The position numbers and the translations under genes are program-made. The notes under the pieces were generated by a model. It saw nothing but the letters and a program-made list of their open reading frames with translations, was not told the origin of the DNA and ran no database searches. DNA of 64,000 nt from a virus (Duplodnaviria; Caudoviricetes), in IMG/VR virus record IMGVR_UViG_3300042508_000526; one strand, given 5' to 3'. Positions 9,140-20,300 of the stretch are shown in pieces. Position 1 is the stretch's first letter. Every line of letters starts with the position of its first letter.

Positions 9140-10861
9140 TTATTGGCATGTGCCAGATATTAGTCTGGCCGTAGCGCCCAAATCGACCACATTTTGGGGT
9201 GTTGTAAGGGTATCTGTTACCGGTGTCATACCGCGGAAGTACGTAACTGTTTCGTTAAGTTGGCTTTCGGCGTTTACCACGTCTTTATCGGCATCCAGCT
9301 CGAAAATTACGAGCATAGCCGTTTGCGGCGGTAAAAGTTGGCGCAGATGCCTTATATTGTACAGCCCGAGTCTATTTTGCCCCAACGCCGAAACTAAAAT
9401 TCGCACTGTAAACACGTTGTTACGCAGCACGTTTTCAACGAGAAAACGCAGCGGATTTATTGTTGTCGGTAAATGTTGCGCCGTTGGCTCGCCCTCTGGA
9501 TTTACGCGCCGGTCCAGTAAGTGCGCAAGCGTACCTTTCCGCCGAGTGGGGTGGCACGGATCTGTCGGACTTTGCGCCGCGGCAATGCCCCGCGCGTGAA
9601 TTTCGTCGAAAAAGTATTCGACGTCTGCTGGATGTCCGCCGACGCGAAATTTAATGTATGTGTAATCGCTGGGGTGCGCAGAGTCTATCTCCAGCGGCAC
9701 GATACGATTTTCGAAGACAAGATCAGAGTAGAAGCAGGCTGCGATAAAACTGTTATCCAGCGCTAGCGCCGTAATAGGTCGGCGTGTCGGGCATGTTTCC
9801 GCGTTTGGATCTAGAATAATGTCGTCATTGTTTTCTGTTGTGACTGCCTCCCACGTATGCGTTATCAGCGTGTCATTAGGCGCCGGACAACACACAAGGT
9901 CATTTGCGCTGTTGTTTGGGATGTAGGCGTTGCCGATAAAAAACTCTGTGATTTCGATGGCGGTTACAAGTGGTGTTCCCGCCACAATGTGCTGCTCTGG
10001 CGCCACACTCGCTACAGCGTTTTCTGGAAAGCGGTAGACATTTTTATCGGTCACGATAAGCAGCCCCGCGGCGTCGTGCGTGACGACTTCTACTGTTTCT
10101 TGCGGTTCAAGACTAACTGGCAGTCCGCAAATGGCAGCTAAAGCGGTGTCAATGATAGCGGCTGTTGCGCCACCCTCGACGAGCCCGCTGATGATTGCGT
10201 TGGTAAGATCTTTGTAGCCCTGACTTGTTTGTAGCCGCAGACCAACGGTATACGCGAACTGTTCAAATACAAAGTCATAGTCGAACTGTCCGCGAAACCC
10301 CCACAGCGTTATTTCTTCGTCAGGGGCGGCTGCGTCAGTTACCGGTCGCTTTAAAAACGCGGCGTTATCGAACGGATTTGTTCGAAATATGATGGCGCGT
10401 CTTTCTAGATCGATTGTGAAATCAACATTTTTAACCAGCACGGCAGTCGGGAACGTAATTCGGTTAAACAACTGCTGCACGTTTACCAGCTTGTCGGGCA
10501 GCGGAAACGAAAACAATTCCGTGTTTTCTGGCACATCAAAAAATAGCTTTCCATCAAATGCAGCTGTAGTGCGGTCGAATAACGCAAGCGACGTGCGCGA
10601 CGAATTTTGCGCTGAGCGGCGCAGCACGATCGGCGTGATGTATTCGGTGTGGAAAAGCGGCGTGTCGTATCGGCTGGTAGCGGCGACAACTTCGAGCAGG
10701 TTTAGATATGTTTGATTAGCTACTAAAGCTGTACCAGTTGCATACGATTCAATTTGATCTGACGCTTCGTAGATGCGTGACCAAAAGCTGCCGAGCGCCG
10801 CAATTAAATTGCGGCTACGGTCGAAGTCGGACCCGGGATATGTAAATGTGCGCTTGTGCAT
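9140..10861 (-). CDS. Baseplate wedge protein (573 aa)
   Basis: Directly follows the baseplate J-like gene; N-terminal LGSFWS..YE and C-terminal LRQLLPPQT resemble the P2 gpI-like position. Confidence 0.5.
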   Translation of the reverse strand: MHKRTFTYPGSDFDRSRNLIAALGSFWSRIYEASDQIESYATGTALVANQTYLNLLEVVAATSRYDTPLFHTEYITPIVLRRSAQNSSRTSLALFDRTTAAFDGKLFFDVPENTELFSFPLPDKLVNVQQLFNRITFPTAVLVKNVDFTIDLERRAIIFRTNPFDNAAFLKRPVTDAAAPDEEITLWGFRGQFDYDFVFEQFAYTVGLRLQTSQGYKDLTNAIISGLVEGGATAAIIDTALAAICGLPVSLEPQETVEVVTHDAAGLLIVTDKNVYRFPENAVASVAPEQHIVAGTPLVTAIEITEFFIGNAYIPNNSANDLVCCPAPNDTLITHTWEAVTTENNDDIILDPNAETCPTRRPITALALDNSFIAACFYSDLVFENRIVPLEIDSAHPSDYTYIKFRVGGHPADVEYFFDEIHARGIAAAQSPTDPCHPTRRKGTLAHLLDRRVNPEGEPTAQHLPTTINPLRFLVENVLRNNVFTVRILVSALGQNRLGLYNIRHLRQLLPPQTAMLVIFELDADKDVVNAESQLNETVTYFRGMTPVTDTLTTPQNVVDLGATARLISGTCQ

Positions 10862-10862
10862 G

Positions 10863-12575
10863 TTAGCTCAAAAAGTCAACCGCTACGATGGATACAGACA
10901 CGTCTTCTGGCGCGGTTAAAAACGCCGTCGTGCGTCCGGTGACAAGCTTTTCGTATTCCGCCGGCAGCTGCAAGATTGTGTTGTTGCGCACAAATGTTGT
11001 TGTGCCGTCCGGCCGCCGGATACGCCCAAACATATCAATACTGCCGAGCGCCTGTTTGCCCGACAAGTATTTGTGAACAACATTGCTTATGTTTGACGCG
11101 TGCAATTGACCGGAGAAGCCAGTCGCAGCGACCGCCATGCTCACAGCCTCGCGAATTGCCGCGATATCCGGATCTGCCTCGCTTGCCGACTTGCGGATTT
11201 CAAATGAAATTTTTGTAAAGCACGGCACAGCTGCCCGCACGAGGACGTCTGTGCCACGCGGCCTATGTTCGCGCGCAGATATAAGGTCCTGCATTTCTGC
11301 AATAAGCGGCATTCCTTTTGTTGTGACTGCATAGATCTTTTTGCTTTGTCCGGCAATCAGGCTGGCGGCCGGCTGGGTATCAGTATCCTCGAATTGAATT
11401 ACCGCCGTCTGATATCGCGTGTATGTGCTTTCGTACGTGTATAGAATATCGGGCACGAAATCCAGTTCACTGAAATCGCGACCGCGTGTGTCTAGTACAA
11501 CGCCGTAGCCGCTGTTGTTCGGCGCGTTTGGCGGCGCTACGCGAGACACCTCATAAAAGCCGGGCGCTAACGACCGCGGAATGACAACCTGCCAAATCGT
11601 GCCCGGCTGCGTTGAGATTCCGATGCCAGACGGCCCGCAATTATTGTTAGCGGTGCGCGTGTAGGCTGCGTTGGGTCCGATATACACGGCTTCTAATAAG
11701 TGCTCAATTTCTTGCGCGTAACTATTTGTCTGCGCATAAACATCAACTTTTCCGCCGCCAGAGATCGGAAACAGCCCGTGCTGATCTCGTTGCTGTTCCG
11801 CGTCGCCGCAGCCGAGAATAGACAGGTGCAGCGTGTTTGAGAACTCTGGTTGATTAAGCACAAACGCAGCATAGCTTTGTCGGCTACCGATTGTCTTAGC
11901 CGCCAACGCCGGCGCTAATTTTGCAAGATACTCTTCGTTTGTACTTGGGTCTTTGCCGCGGATAAAGTCTGACGTTGCGTATACACTGGCTACGTTGTTT
12001 AGCACGCTGCTGGGGACAAGCGGTGTGCCGCGGCGAATATTGCCAGAAGCGCCAACCGCGACTGCGCGGACCGTAATGTTTGCCGCGTATGTGCCGTCAC
12101 CCACTGCGATCATCTTGCGTTCATTTGCCGCACTTGTCGTAGCCGTCGGTGGCAGCGCAACAAACGCGGCAGTTGGCACAAAGACTACTTGGCTGTTTTC
12201 TTCAGTAAACCGCGTGGCCAGCGGAATAGCCGTACGCGTAGGACCGTTAAAAATGACCGTCACAACACCGACCGCGGGCGTGCCGTTGTCGCGCGCAATA
12301 TTGAAATTTGACAGAACATTGTCAACGATTTCGGTATCAGCTAGCGTCGGGTCTTCGGTGATTTTCAGCAGACTGTTACTGGCGCGCACACGGTCGATGT
12401 TTTCCTGAATTGCCGCGTTGAGCAAACCATCAAAATACAGCACGAGGTCGTGGAACACGCCTCGGGTCAGTTCAACCTCCGGGTGGCGCTCCGCCATCCA
12501 CTGCGACAACGTCGCAACCATGCTCTGTACTTTTGTGTCGTCTAGCTGCGACAGGCTTGAAATTTCAATCGGCAT
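10863..12575 (-). CDS. Baseplate J-like wedge protein (570 aa)
   Basis: ITVRAVAVGASGNIRRG, FIRGKDPSTNEEYLAKL and GGKVDVY segments typical of Baseplate_J; follows a gp25-like gene. Confidence 0.8.
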   Translation of the reverse strand: MPIEISSLSQLDDTKVQSMVATLSQWMAERHPEVELTRGVFHDLVLYFDGLLNAAIQENIDRVRASNSLLKITEDPTLADTEIVDNVLSNFNIARDNGTPAVGVVTVIFNGPTRTAIPLATRFTEENSQVVFVPTAAFVALPPTATTSAANERKMIAVGDGTYAANITVRAVAVGASGNIRRGTPLVPSSVLNNVASVYATSDFIRGKDPSTNEEYLAKLAPALAAKTIGSRQSYAAFVLNQPEFSNTLHLSILGCGDAEQQRDQHGLFPISGGGKVDVYAQTNSYAQEIEHLLEAVYIGPNAAYTRTANNNCGPSGIGISTQPGTIWQVVIPRSLAPGFYEVSRVAPPNAPNNSGYGVVLDTRGRDFSELDFVPDILYTYESTYTRYQTAVIQFEDTDTQPAASLIAGQSKKIYAVTTKGMPLIAEMQDLISAREHRPRGTDVLVRAAVPCFTKISFEIRKSASEADPDIAAIREAVSMAVAATGFSGQLHASNISNVVHKYLSGKQALGSIDMFGRIRRPDGTTTFVRNNTILQLPAEYEKLVTGRTTAFLTAPEDVSVSIVAVDFLS

Positions 12576-12582
12576 TTTGCAC

Positions 12583-13050
12583 CTATGGCATTGTTTCTAT
12601 TGGCAGAATGATGGCGCGCTCGTCGCCGGCGTTGCTAATAATCATGACGCGCAGGTTTAAGTACCCGGGCAGGATAGCGACGGACACGAGATCAGCGTCT
12701 GAGAACCTTTCGTCGTCTGGCATGCCGTCGTACTCTTCAGCCCGCAGGGTAGCGCGTACCCGAATAGCCGCGGCGTAAAAGCTTTGCGCGACGTCGAGTT
12801 GTGTGCGTAATTTGCCCTGTCGAACGAGGGTCATAAAGTCAGAGCCGCGGTTTGGCAGTCCCGGCATAGAGCCTTTTTCTGTTAAAAACTCCAGCGCCCA
12901 TCGTTGCGCCAGTTTCTGTATACCGACGCAAAGTTTTCCAGCGGTGTCCTCGTTGTATAATTCGAGCCCCAACTTGCTTTCGCGCGCCGTATTGACGTTT
13001 TGAAAAGCAAGAAAATCGTATTTTCGGTTGGCGTAGTCCGCTATGCTCAT
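12583..13050 (-). CDS. gp25-like baseplate wedge/sheath initiator (155 aa)
   Basis: GIQKLAQRWALEFLTEKGSMPGLPNRGSDF matches the gp25/GPW pattern; size and synteny fit. Confidence 0.75.
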   Translation of the reverse strand: MSIADYANRKYDFLAFQNVNTARESKLGLELYNEDTAGKLCVGIQKLAQRWALEFLTEKGSMPGLPNRGSDFMTLVRQGKLRTQLDVAQSFYAAAIRVRATLRAEEYDGMPDDERFSDADLVSVAILPGYLNLRVMIISNAGDERAIILPIETMP

Positions 13051-13061
13051 TTAAACACCAG

Positions 13062-13523
13062 TTAAGATTGCCCTGCTTTGATAAATGAGTTTACACCATC
13101 CTTGAGGAACGAGAACACACTTACACCTGATTTACCGTGACCGTCTAGGCGGCCGTGCATAAAACAGGCACAACGCACATAACTTGCATGCCGTGTACGC
13201 CACGCTCGCTCTTCGGCCGCCATAAAATCTGCCTGCCACTTCATAGCAACCAGATCCCCCGTCGTGCCGCCTTGTTTTCCCGGTCCGGCTAAAATTGACT
13301 CCGAGTACAGCTGGTTAATTGCGTCGCGATTCCACGACGGCTCGTGCAGGCCGGGAACATCTAGCAGGTCATAACTTTTCATTTCTTCTGGCGTGTGCCA
13401 CGGGCGCTTGGCAGTGTTCCGAAACGATTCGGACATTTTTTGCGCTTTTTGTTCAAGCTCGTTAATTCGAGCGACGAACTTGCCGTCTAACTGCCCTTTA
13501 GATGTGCCAGTGCCGGGTGCCAT
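13062..13523 (-). CDS. Hypothetical protein (153 aa)
   Basis: AAGGAG RBS; tight packing. Confidence 0.65.
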   Translation of the reverse strand: MAPGTGTSKGQLDGKFVARINELEQKAQKMSESFRNTAKRPWHTPEEMKSYDLLDVPGLHEPSWNRDAINQLYSESILAGPGKQGGTTGDLVAMKWQADFMAAEERAWRTRHASYVRCACFMHGRLDGHGKSGVSVFSFLKDGVNSFIKAGQS

Positions 13524-13533
13524 TGGTTACTCC

Positions 13534-14355
13534 TTAAAATCCGCCATACGTGTACTTTTTATCGAGCAATGCCTGTATCTTTGCGGCGCGCTGACTGACT
13601 GCGCCGGGCGTTATGTTTAACCGGCGCGCAATGTCTTGCGTGCTGGCTTTTCTACGCCCATTACGCCCAAGAGTCATATCGGCAATCAGCTTGTCGACAG
13701 GGCTGAGGTCGTCGTACACGAAGTTAAACCACGCGTCGTCCGCGCGTGTACTGCCCGGAATCATACTCGCGGTGTCGCCGCCGTAATTTTCTTCTGGGCC
13801 CACGTCGCGGGTAGTCATACCCTCCGCTACTGGCTGATTGAACGCGCGAACTTTTCTGATGCGCCGAACAGACAAACCTGTTGCATCTGCTAGCTCGTCG
13901 TCAGAAGGATCTCTGCCGAGCTGGTCTCGCAGTTCATTTTCGCTTTCGTTCAATCGTGAGAAATCTAAACTAACCTGCTCAGGAATTGATATGATGTTTT
14001 GCGTTTGCGCCGACACACGACGCAGACTCTGCAACTGCGACAACAAATGAGTGCGTACGTTACCCTTTGCCGGGTCATACGTGTCTAGCGCTTTTAATGC
14101 CATTATTTTTGCCCGCGACTTTATAGTCGGGCTGGCGGCTTGCCCGGCGTAGCTCATAACAGCGGTGTCTATAACCGGCTGTAAGCTTTTGATGACTGCG
14201 CTATTGTTTTGCGGCGTCTTAGCCGTTTGCCACTGCGAATAAACAGTGTCAAAGTCGTCGGCAACGCCCGTAGGCTTTTTGCTGGAAAACGGTGCGGGTA
14301 CGTCACCCAGAATGGACGGCATACCGGTCGGTTGTGGTGATAACTTGTCTGCCAT
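13534..14355 (-). CDS. Sigma-70 family RNA polymerase sigma factor (group 3-like, regions 2-4; 273 aa)
   Basis: Region 2 ALDTYDPAKGNVRTHL; region 3 LGRDPSDDELADATGLS; region 4 LSPVDKLI...STQDIARRLNITPGAVSQR HTH. Confidence 0.85.
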   Translation of the reverse strand: MADKLSPQPTGMPSILGDVPAPFSSKKPTGVADDFDTVYSQWQTAKTPQNNSAVIKSLQPVIDTAVMSYAGQAASPTIKSRAKIMALKALDTYDPAKGNVRTHLLSQLQSLRRVSAQTQNIISIPEQVSLDFSRLNESENELRDQLGRDPSDDELADATGLSVRRIRKVRAFNQPVAEGMTTRDVGPEENYGGDTASMIPGSTRADDAWFNFVYDDLSPVDKLIADMTLGRNGRRKASTQDIARRLNITPGAVSQRAAKIQALLDKKYTYGGF

Positions 14356-14356
14356 G

Positions 14357-15991
14357 TTATGCCTGCTTCTTTAACGGGCCGCCATGCCACTTTGTGCCTT
14401 CTTTGTATAGCGGCGCAAAATCGTGGCTAATTAATTCGTCTTGGTCTTCCTCTAAGGTCCGAATGTAGCCGAGCGTAAATGACGTGCCGGCAGCAGCGCG
14501 TTCAGCGTTAATCATGTATGTCACTGACGTTACTGCTGCCACCATGTGCCCGTCGGATTCAATCTCTGTTTTCGGTAACTCAATCCGCACGATGCTCCCG
14601 GGCGCGATGTCAAAACGCAACTTGCCGGACATTTCTCCGTAGCGTTGCCCAAGTAGTTCCATCTTGTACCAGTGATGTGCAAACCGTTCCGCGACTTTGT
14701 CGGTCATTTCGTCCGCGGCTTGCGGCGGTGGCAGCCAGTTAGGTGGCGGTTCTTCTTCGCCAGTTTGCGGCGCCAAGCAGTCGCCCGGCTGCTTGCCTTT
14801 AATGCCGGTCGTCGGTCCGGTATAAACGGGCCACGGCGAAATGTTGGCGAGCCACGGCGGAAGGTCTTTAAATATCTTCAACCCCGGCTTGTCGACGCCT
14901 TTTTGCCCCTTGGGATATTCGCCGACCGGGAAAGTAAACGCGTCGATAGTCTGTGTTTCGCCGCCAGTGCCAAGCATTGGATCTGTTTGTGACGGCCAAA
15001 ACACCATAATGCTTTCCATCAACTGGTGCATTGCCGAGTTAAAATTTGCGTAGCTGTATTCATCTGCATATATGGTCTTTGCGCCCGGCGCGCCCTCTTG
15101 CCAACGCAGCCCGCCGAAAAACGGGATCACGCACGCATGCTCGATCGCTGGCGACACTGCAAAGAAAAAAGACGATGCGTATTCGCCGACGAGCTTGCCC
15201 CAGAAAGATGTGTACGCGAACGAATCGAGCGAGTCCTTTGTCAGCGCTGTGCGAATCGACAGCTCGATGTCGTTTGCGTTTAAACCCTCTAGGTCAAGGC
15301 GCAACGGCGTATTAAACGGCGCGCCGTCTGGTATTCGCTTTAACGCTGCCTGTGCAGCTGTATTCGGCCCGTCATTTGGCAGCGGATAATTGGCGATTTT
15401 TTCAAAGATGGGTTTGATTACGTTCCCCCACATATCCTGTTCAATCTTGCCTTTGTTTATGTAATCGCCGTTGATGTCGATAGCCGGAACAGATGACCAT
15501 TGGTCGCCGCCAGCGCCGCCACCCTCGCCGAGTTCGAGGGCGTAGAACGCCGCGTTTGTCGCCATGCTGTACGGCGCGTTTGGAAACCAGTTGCCGTTAA
15601 GCGCTGACGAGTTGTTAAGGTCGTCCAGCCAGTGGATAAGCTGCAGCGTAAAATTGGCATTGTTGCTAGACCGCTGATAACCAATGCCGGCCAGCATGCC
15701 CTCAAATATGATAAACTCGCCGCTCTCCATTTTTTCTGTATTACCGGCAGTCGGCGAAATCGTAAGCGTAACTACGGCTTTGTCGCGCGGCTTCAGCGTT
15801 TTGCGCGCTTTGTGGATTGTGGCTTGTTCTGTTTTGCCGGTATTGGCTTTATGTCCTACGGCAACAAGCAGTGTCGCGGTCGGAATATCGTTTAACGGAA
15901 AAGTAGCCGACATAGACACGACGTCGTTAAACGTGTGCCCGCCAATCACCGCTTTGAGCTTAAAACGTGTATAAACGTAGGGATCAGGCAT
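14357..15991 (-). CDS. Baseplate hub protein (gp27/gpD-like; 544 aa)
   Basis: C-terminal GEMSGKLRFDIAPGSIVRI...VTSVTYMI pattern; position downstream of the tape measure. Confidence 0.6.
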   Translation of the reverse strand: MPDPYVYTRFKLKAVIGGHTFNDVVSMSATFPLNDIPTATLLVAVGHKANTGKTEQATIHKARKTLKPRDKAVVTLTISPTAGNTEKMESGEFIIFEGMLAGIGYQRSSNNANFTLQLIHWLDDLNNSSALNGNWFPNAPYSMATNAAFYALELGEGGGAGGDQWSSVPAIDINGDYINKGKIEQDMWGNVIKPIFEKIANYPLPNDGPNTAAQAALKRIPDGAPFNTPLRLDLEGLNANDIELSIRTALTKDSLDSFAYTSFWGKLVGEYASSFFFAVSPAIEHACVIPFFGGLRWQEGAPGAKTIYADEYSYANFNSAMHQLMESIMVFWPSQTDPMLGTGGETQTIDAFTFPVGEYPKGQKGVDKPGLKIFKDLPPWLANISPWPVYTGPTTGIKGKQPGDCLAPQTGEEEPPPNWLPPPQAADEMTDKVAERFAHHWYKMELLGQRYGEMSGKLRFDIAPGSIVRIELPKTEIESDGHMVAAVTSVTYMINAERAAAGTSFTLGYIRTLEEDQDELISHDFAPLYKEGTKWHGGPLKKQA

Positions 15992-16853
15992 TTAAGTTCT
16001 TCCTGACTTCTTCGGCGCGGTAGATATAGGCCATTACAAGCCCGGCTATACGATACGCCGGTAGCGGGTGGTCAAACCATACGTTTTTAAACGTAGCATA
16101 AGGCTCGACGCTGTCTACACCGAACAGCTCTAGAAACACTGGTTCGCCAAGTAACTCTAACGTCGGTAATAGCGTCGTGATCGCGGCCGGCGGATTGGCC
16201 GCAAGCTTTACGTGCCACTTGGCTAGTTTTTCATCGTCGGTAAGTATTGCCGGCGCTTGTCCGTTATTTACGCGTAGCCGTATTTGTGTTTCCGGCAATT
16301 CGATCACCGGAAGATCTTTGAAATAGACCGTGGCGGTAGGCGGATCTCCTGTAAAGTCGTATACAAAGCCGTCTGCGCGAAACACGGGTACGCTGTCTTT
16401 TGTGTCTGTTACTGTCAGCACTAAACTATTTACCGTACTAAGCGATAATATTACGTCATATTCACGTAGTGCTTTTCCACCAGAGTTGCTAACTACAAAC
16501 TCGCCGCTAAAAGATAGGGTGCACGGCGTACCGTAGACTTGCTGAACCGTAACGCTAGGCTGATATTTGAACTCAGTCGATGTTTCTTCTGGCCAGTACG
16601 TCACGCGCGGATCTAATGCGTGCACATAACTAACTAGCTCTGTTTGATGCACATAGCTCAGCAGTTCTCGCACACGCAGATTTAAAAACCGCTGATCGGG
16701 ACGAGAGCCGAACAACACGCCACGAATAACGCGCAGAGTATTCGGCAGCGTTAGCGGTCGAAACGAGTCTGGTATGTACTCGTAGCCAGCGTCCTGTTTG
16801 TTGGCGCTCTGGGCAAAGATATTCAGTAGTAGTGTGCGCGCGTGATTAATCAT
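15984..16853 (-). CDS. Hypothetical baseplate-region protein (289 aa)
   Basis: Overlaps the hub start by 8 nt; synteny. Confidence 0.6.
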   Translation of the reverse strand: MINHARTLLLNIFAQSANKQDAGYEYIPDSFRPLTLPNTLRVIRGVLFGSRPDQRFLNLRVRELLSYVHQTELVSYVHALDPRVTYWPEETSTEFKYQPSVTVQQVYGTPCTLSFSGEFVVSNSGGKALREYDVILSLSTVNSLVLTVTDTKDSVPVFRADGFVYDFTGDPPTATVYFKDLPVIELPETQIRLRVNNGQAPAILTDDEKLAKWHVKLAANPPAAITTLLPTLELLGEPVFLELFGVDSVEPYATFKNVWFDHPLPAYRIAGLVMAYIYRAEEVRKNLNA

Positions 16854-16854
16854 G

Positions 16855-17307
16855 TTAATTTTTTGGCACTATGCTGAAGCGCAACGACCATTGACCAACT
16901 AATGTTGTGGGGTCTTGCATTTCAAGTCGCATGCCGGTTAAAAACGCAAAAAACGTGGCGTCTTGGCAGTCGCCGATCGTAACTGTGAGGTCGCCTCGTT
17001 TTGATATCTTGTTTTCTTGATAGAACGAAAATACTGTGCACAGCTTTGCGGAATCTGCGCCGGGACAGGCTTTCACGAAACCAAGCCCAGAGATCAGCAG
17101 TTCTCCGACGCGATCGCCGAAGGCGTATACGTAAATGAAATCATTTACCGTGTGCAGAAACTGATAGTTGCCGTTTTGCTCCAACACAAAACCGGTCATC
17201 GGGGCTGTGAGCGTGGCTCCGCCGAAACTGATTGAAAACGCAGCTTCGCCCTCGCAGCCGGGGACTTTGGCGATTGCGCCCAAGCACGGACTAAATATTG
17301 TTGGCAT
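16855..17307 (-). CDS. Tube-like baseplate/tail initiator protein (150 aa; start moved to ATG 17307)
   Basis: QFLHTVNDFIYVYAFGDRVGELLISG resembles the tube gene's FLYEIGSNNIYYVGNRR; AGGTGA RBS overlapping the TMP stop. Confidence 0.55.
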   Translation of the reverse strand: MPTIFSPCLGAIAKVPGCEGEAAFSISFGGATLTAPMTGFVLEQNGNYQFLHTVNDFIYVYAFGDRVGELLISGLGFVKACPGADSAKLCTVFSFYQENKISKRGDLTVTIGDCQDATFFAFLTGMRLEMQDPTTLVGQWSLRFSIVPKN

Positions 17308-17311
17308 GTGA

Positions 17312-20300
17312 TCACCTACCGTGATATGCGGTGTTACCGGGCGCCATGTCGATCGGCGCGCCACCGTCTGGCGATTCTTCCATTCGCCGGCCAGCCGCCG
17401 CCAGCACAGCTTCAGACAAGCCGCTCAGCGTTAACGTACCGTTAATTGTCATTTCTTTCCCGCCGCTTTGCCCGCCGCCCATTTGCGGATCGCCGCGGTC
17501 GCGGTGATAGTCAAGCTGACGTACGACCTGATCGCTACGCATCAACGTAGATCTTTGCCCGTCTGTAATAGACTCCCGACTTGCCTGTACCGCGTCCATG
17601 CCCTCACGCCGATCTTTGCCTAAAATGTCGTCGCGACGCTTGGTGAGAAAATCTAGTTGTTCTTTGTCTTCGCTGGATAACGTTTTCTCGCTGGTGAACC
17701 AGCCTGACTTTCCGCGCGACTGCACATCCGCAATTTGGCTATCTACTAGGCCCAGCGGGTTGCCAGACTCCAACTCCATTCTGCGCTGGCTTAGATCGCG
17801 ATAGCGAATCTTGTCGGATTCTTCTGAAAATGTCCGTTCGTTAGTAAACCAGCCAGACTTTGCTTTTGTATCGTAAAGCTTGGTCATTTCCTGCGTGATA
17901 GCGTCTAGCTCTCCCGCAGCGGCTGGCATAGACGGCCGCCCGCCGACGTTCTGCGACGAAACACCGCCCGGCGTCTTAGTGCCGACGGCGTCGCGGAGAC
18001 GCGACAGGTTTTGTACGTCCTTTTTGTCCATGCCGAGATACGACTGCGTAATACCGCTCGCGAGCACGCCGTCGATAGCTTCGATTCCCTGCTGTTGCGC
18101 TTCTGGCGTAAATTTGCCGAACAGGTCAACCGCAGCGCTGTCTGGAATTGTAAGTAATACTTTGCGTTGCTTTTCGTCCTGCATCGCGCGCTTCATAGCG
18201 GCGCCGCTTTGATCCTTGCCGATCTCATCAACCAGTTTTTTCTGTTCTGCCGTCAGCGACTTTGTTACGCCAAGTTTTTCGTAGTCGTAGGCGGCTTTTC
18301 CTGACGCAGCATCTACGGCCACAGCGTTGAACGCCGCACCTTCTGTATCTGCACCACGAGCCTCAGCCGCTTGCTTTGTCGCGTCGTACACCGCGTTCAT
18401 GCGGCGTGTAACAGTTTCTTTATCGGTACCGAACGCGGCGCCAAAGTGCGACTCAGCCATTTCTTTGGCGCGGGCCGGTACCATTCCTTTGCGCTCAAAG
18501 TGTTTTGTAAATTCTTCGGTTGTGCGGCGCTTCATGTAGTCCGCGCGCTCTTCAGGCGACATATTTGTCGTGCCGCCCATTTCGTTAACGGTGATGCCGG
18601 CAACAGTCTCACTGGCGCGGCGCACAAACTCTTTGCGCTGCACTTCTTTTTGTTGCGGATCTAAACCAGACGGCTGCAGCCGATCAAACGCTTTACTGTC
18701 TAGTCCTTTTTCAATTTGCGGCGCGAGACGATCACGTATCTCGCGTGTAAGTTCGTTTGCTTTGGCGGTAGACCGGTCTTGCGCCGACTCTACTGCCGCC
18801 GGTGACTGGCCTAACCCCGCGGCGTCTAAACCGCCCATGGCACTAGATGCGCGTAACGCACGCGCAATGCCGCGGGCGCGATCCTGATCTTCATCGCTCA
18901 GGCCGCTGCCAAATAAACCACGCTGCATACTTTTTTCAAATGTCGTGGTGTCATCGTTGATCGCGGATTTTGCAAACGCCTCCACCTGCTTTGGGTCTGC
19001 ATCAGCGCCAAGTATTTCTTGCGCCATAGCGCGCGCACCCGCCATAACGTCTTCTTTTTTGCCGGTGTTAAACGCTTTGAACATGATCGCAGCGCGCTTC
19101 TTTGTCGCTTCGCTTTTGGCTTTTTCGGCTTCTGTGTTGCCCTTAGCTGTTTCGCCCGACCGCATCATGGCGCGCTGACCTAGGCTGGCTGTTTCTTCTT
19201 CAGTTAGCTGCTGATCAGGTTTGAAGCCCGCCAGTTGCTTCAATGTCTTAGCCGCGGCGCCGTTAGGATCTTGCGCGGCTTGTTCTGTTAATTTATTAAT
19301 TTCTTCGGGCGTGGTTGTAGCGCCGCGGTCCATCTTGGCGACAGCAACTAAACCTTCTTGCATGTCCGGCGCATACTTCTGCAGAATGCTGTCTTCGGAT
19401 ACCACATTAAATACGCGCTTTAACGCGTCACTAGTCTGCCCCGCGTTACCAGAGCCGAGATTTTCTAGCTCATCGCCCACGCGCTGCAAAATAGTCGACT
19501 CGTGCCCCATGGTTGAGTCTTTTAGGCGTTCTGCCCGGCGCTCGTTTACTGTGCGTTGCGTATCGGCGTTGTCGATCGCGCGCTGATTGTACATCTGCTT
19601 ATTCGCCTCAATGCTGACGTTTGTACGATCAGCAGAGACTGCGCTTACTTCGGCGTATGTGGCAGCAAGGTTGGACTTCCGTTCTTTGGCGTCGCCGCCG
19701 TACATGGCCTCGAAATACTTCTCGGCTTCGGCCGATGCGGCTTTCGCGCTCATGCCGCCGCCACGGGCACTGCGGAAGTATTTTGTTAACTCTTCTTTGC
19801 CGCGCTTTTCCATGTGGGCTAGCCGCTGCTCAGACGTCATGTCCGCGGTTTCGTCCATGATGATGCCGGTCATCGCATAGCTGAAGCCCTTAGATAGATC
19901 GTCTTTTCGCTGCTGGAAGTCTTTGTCCGACATGCCAGACGGGCGCAGCTTCTCAAATTCTGCCGACGACATCTTGTCTCGGATTGCGCCTTCGTTTGCG
20001 CGCGAGAAATTACGCTGCAGCTCGTAACGTTGCGATTTGTACGCGTAACCTTCGTTTAAATATTCTTCTGTTCCGATTTTGTCGCGGGTGTACGCATACA
20101 GCGTACGATTATCCGCGCCAGACTCGCGCGCAAGGCTGTAGACGCCAGCTACACCTTGTCGGCCTGCTAGCTCCGCCAAGTTGGTCGTCTGACCATCGTG
20201 CGAAAACGTCGTCTGCCCTGCCCGGTAAGCTTTTACAGCGGCCTCAAGCTTTGTGCCTTTATACTTTTCCGGATCTTCCGAAACGAGGCGGTTCAACACG

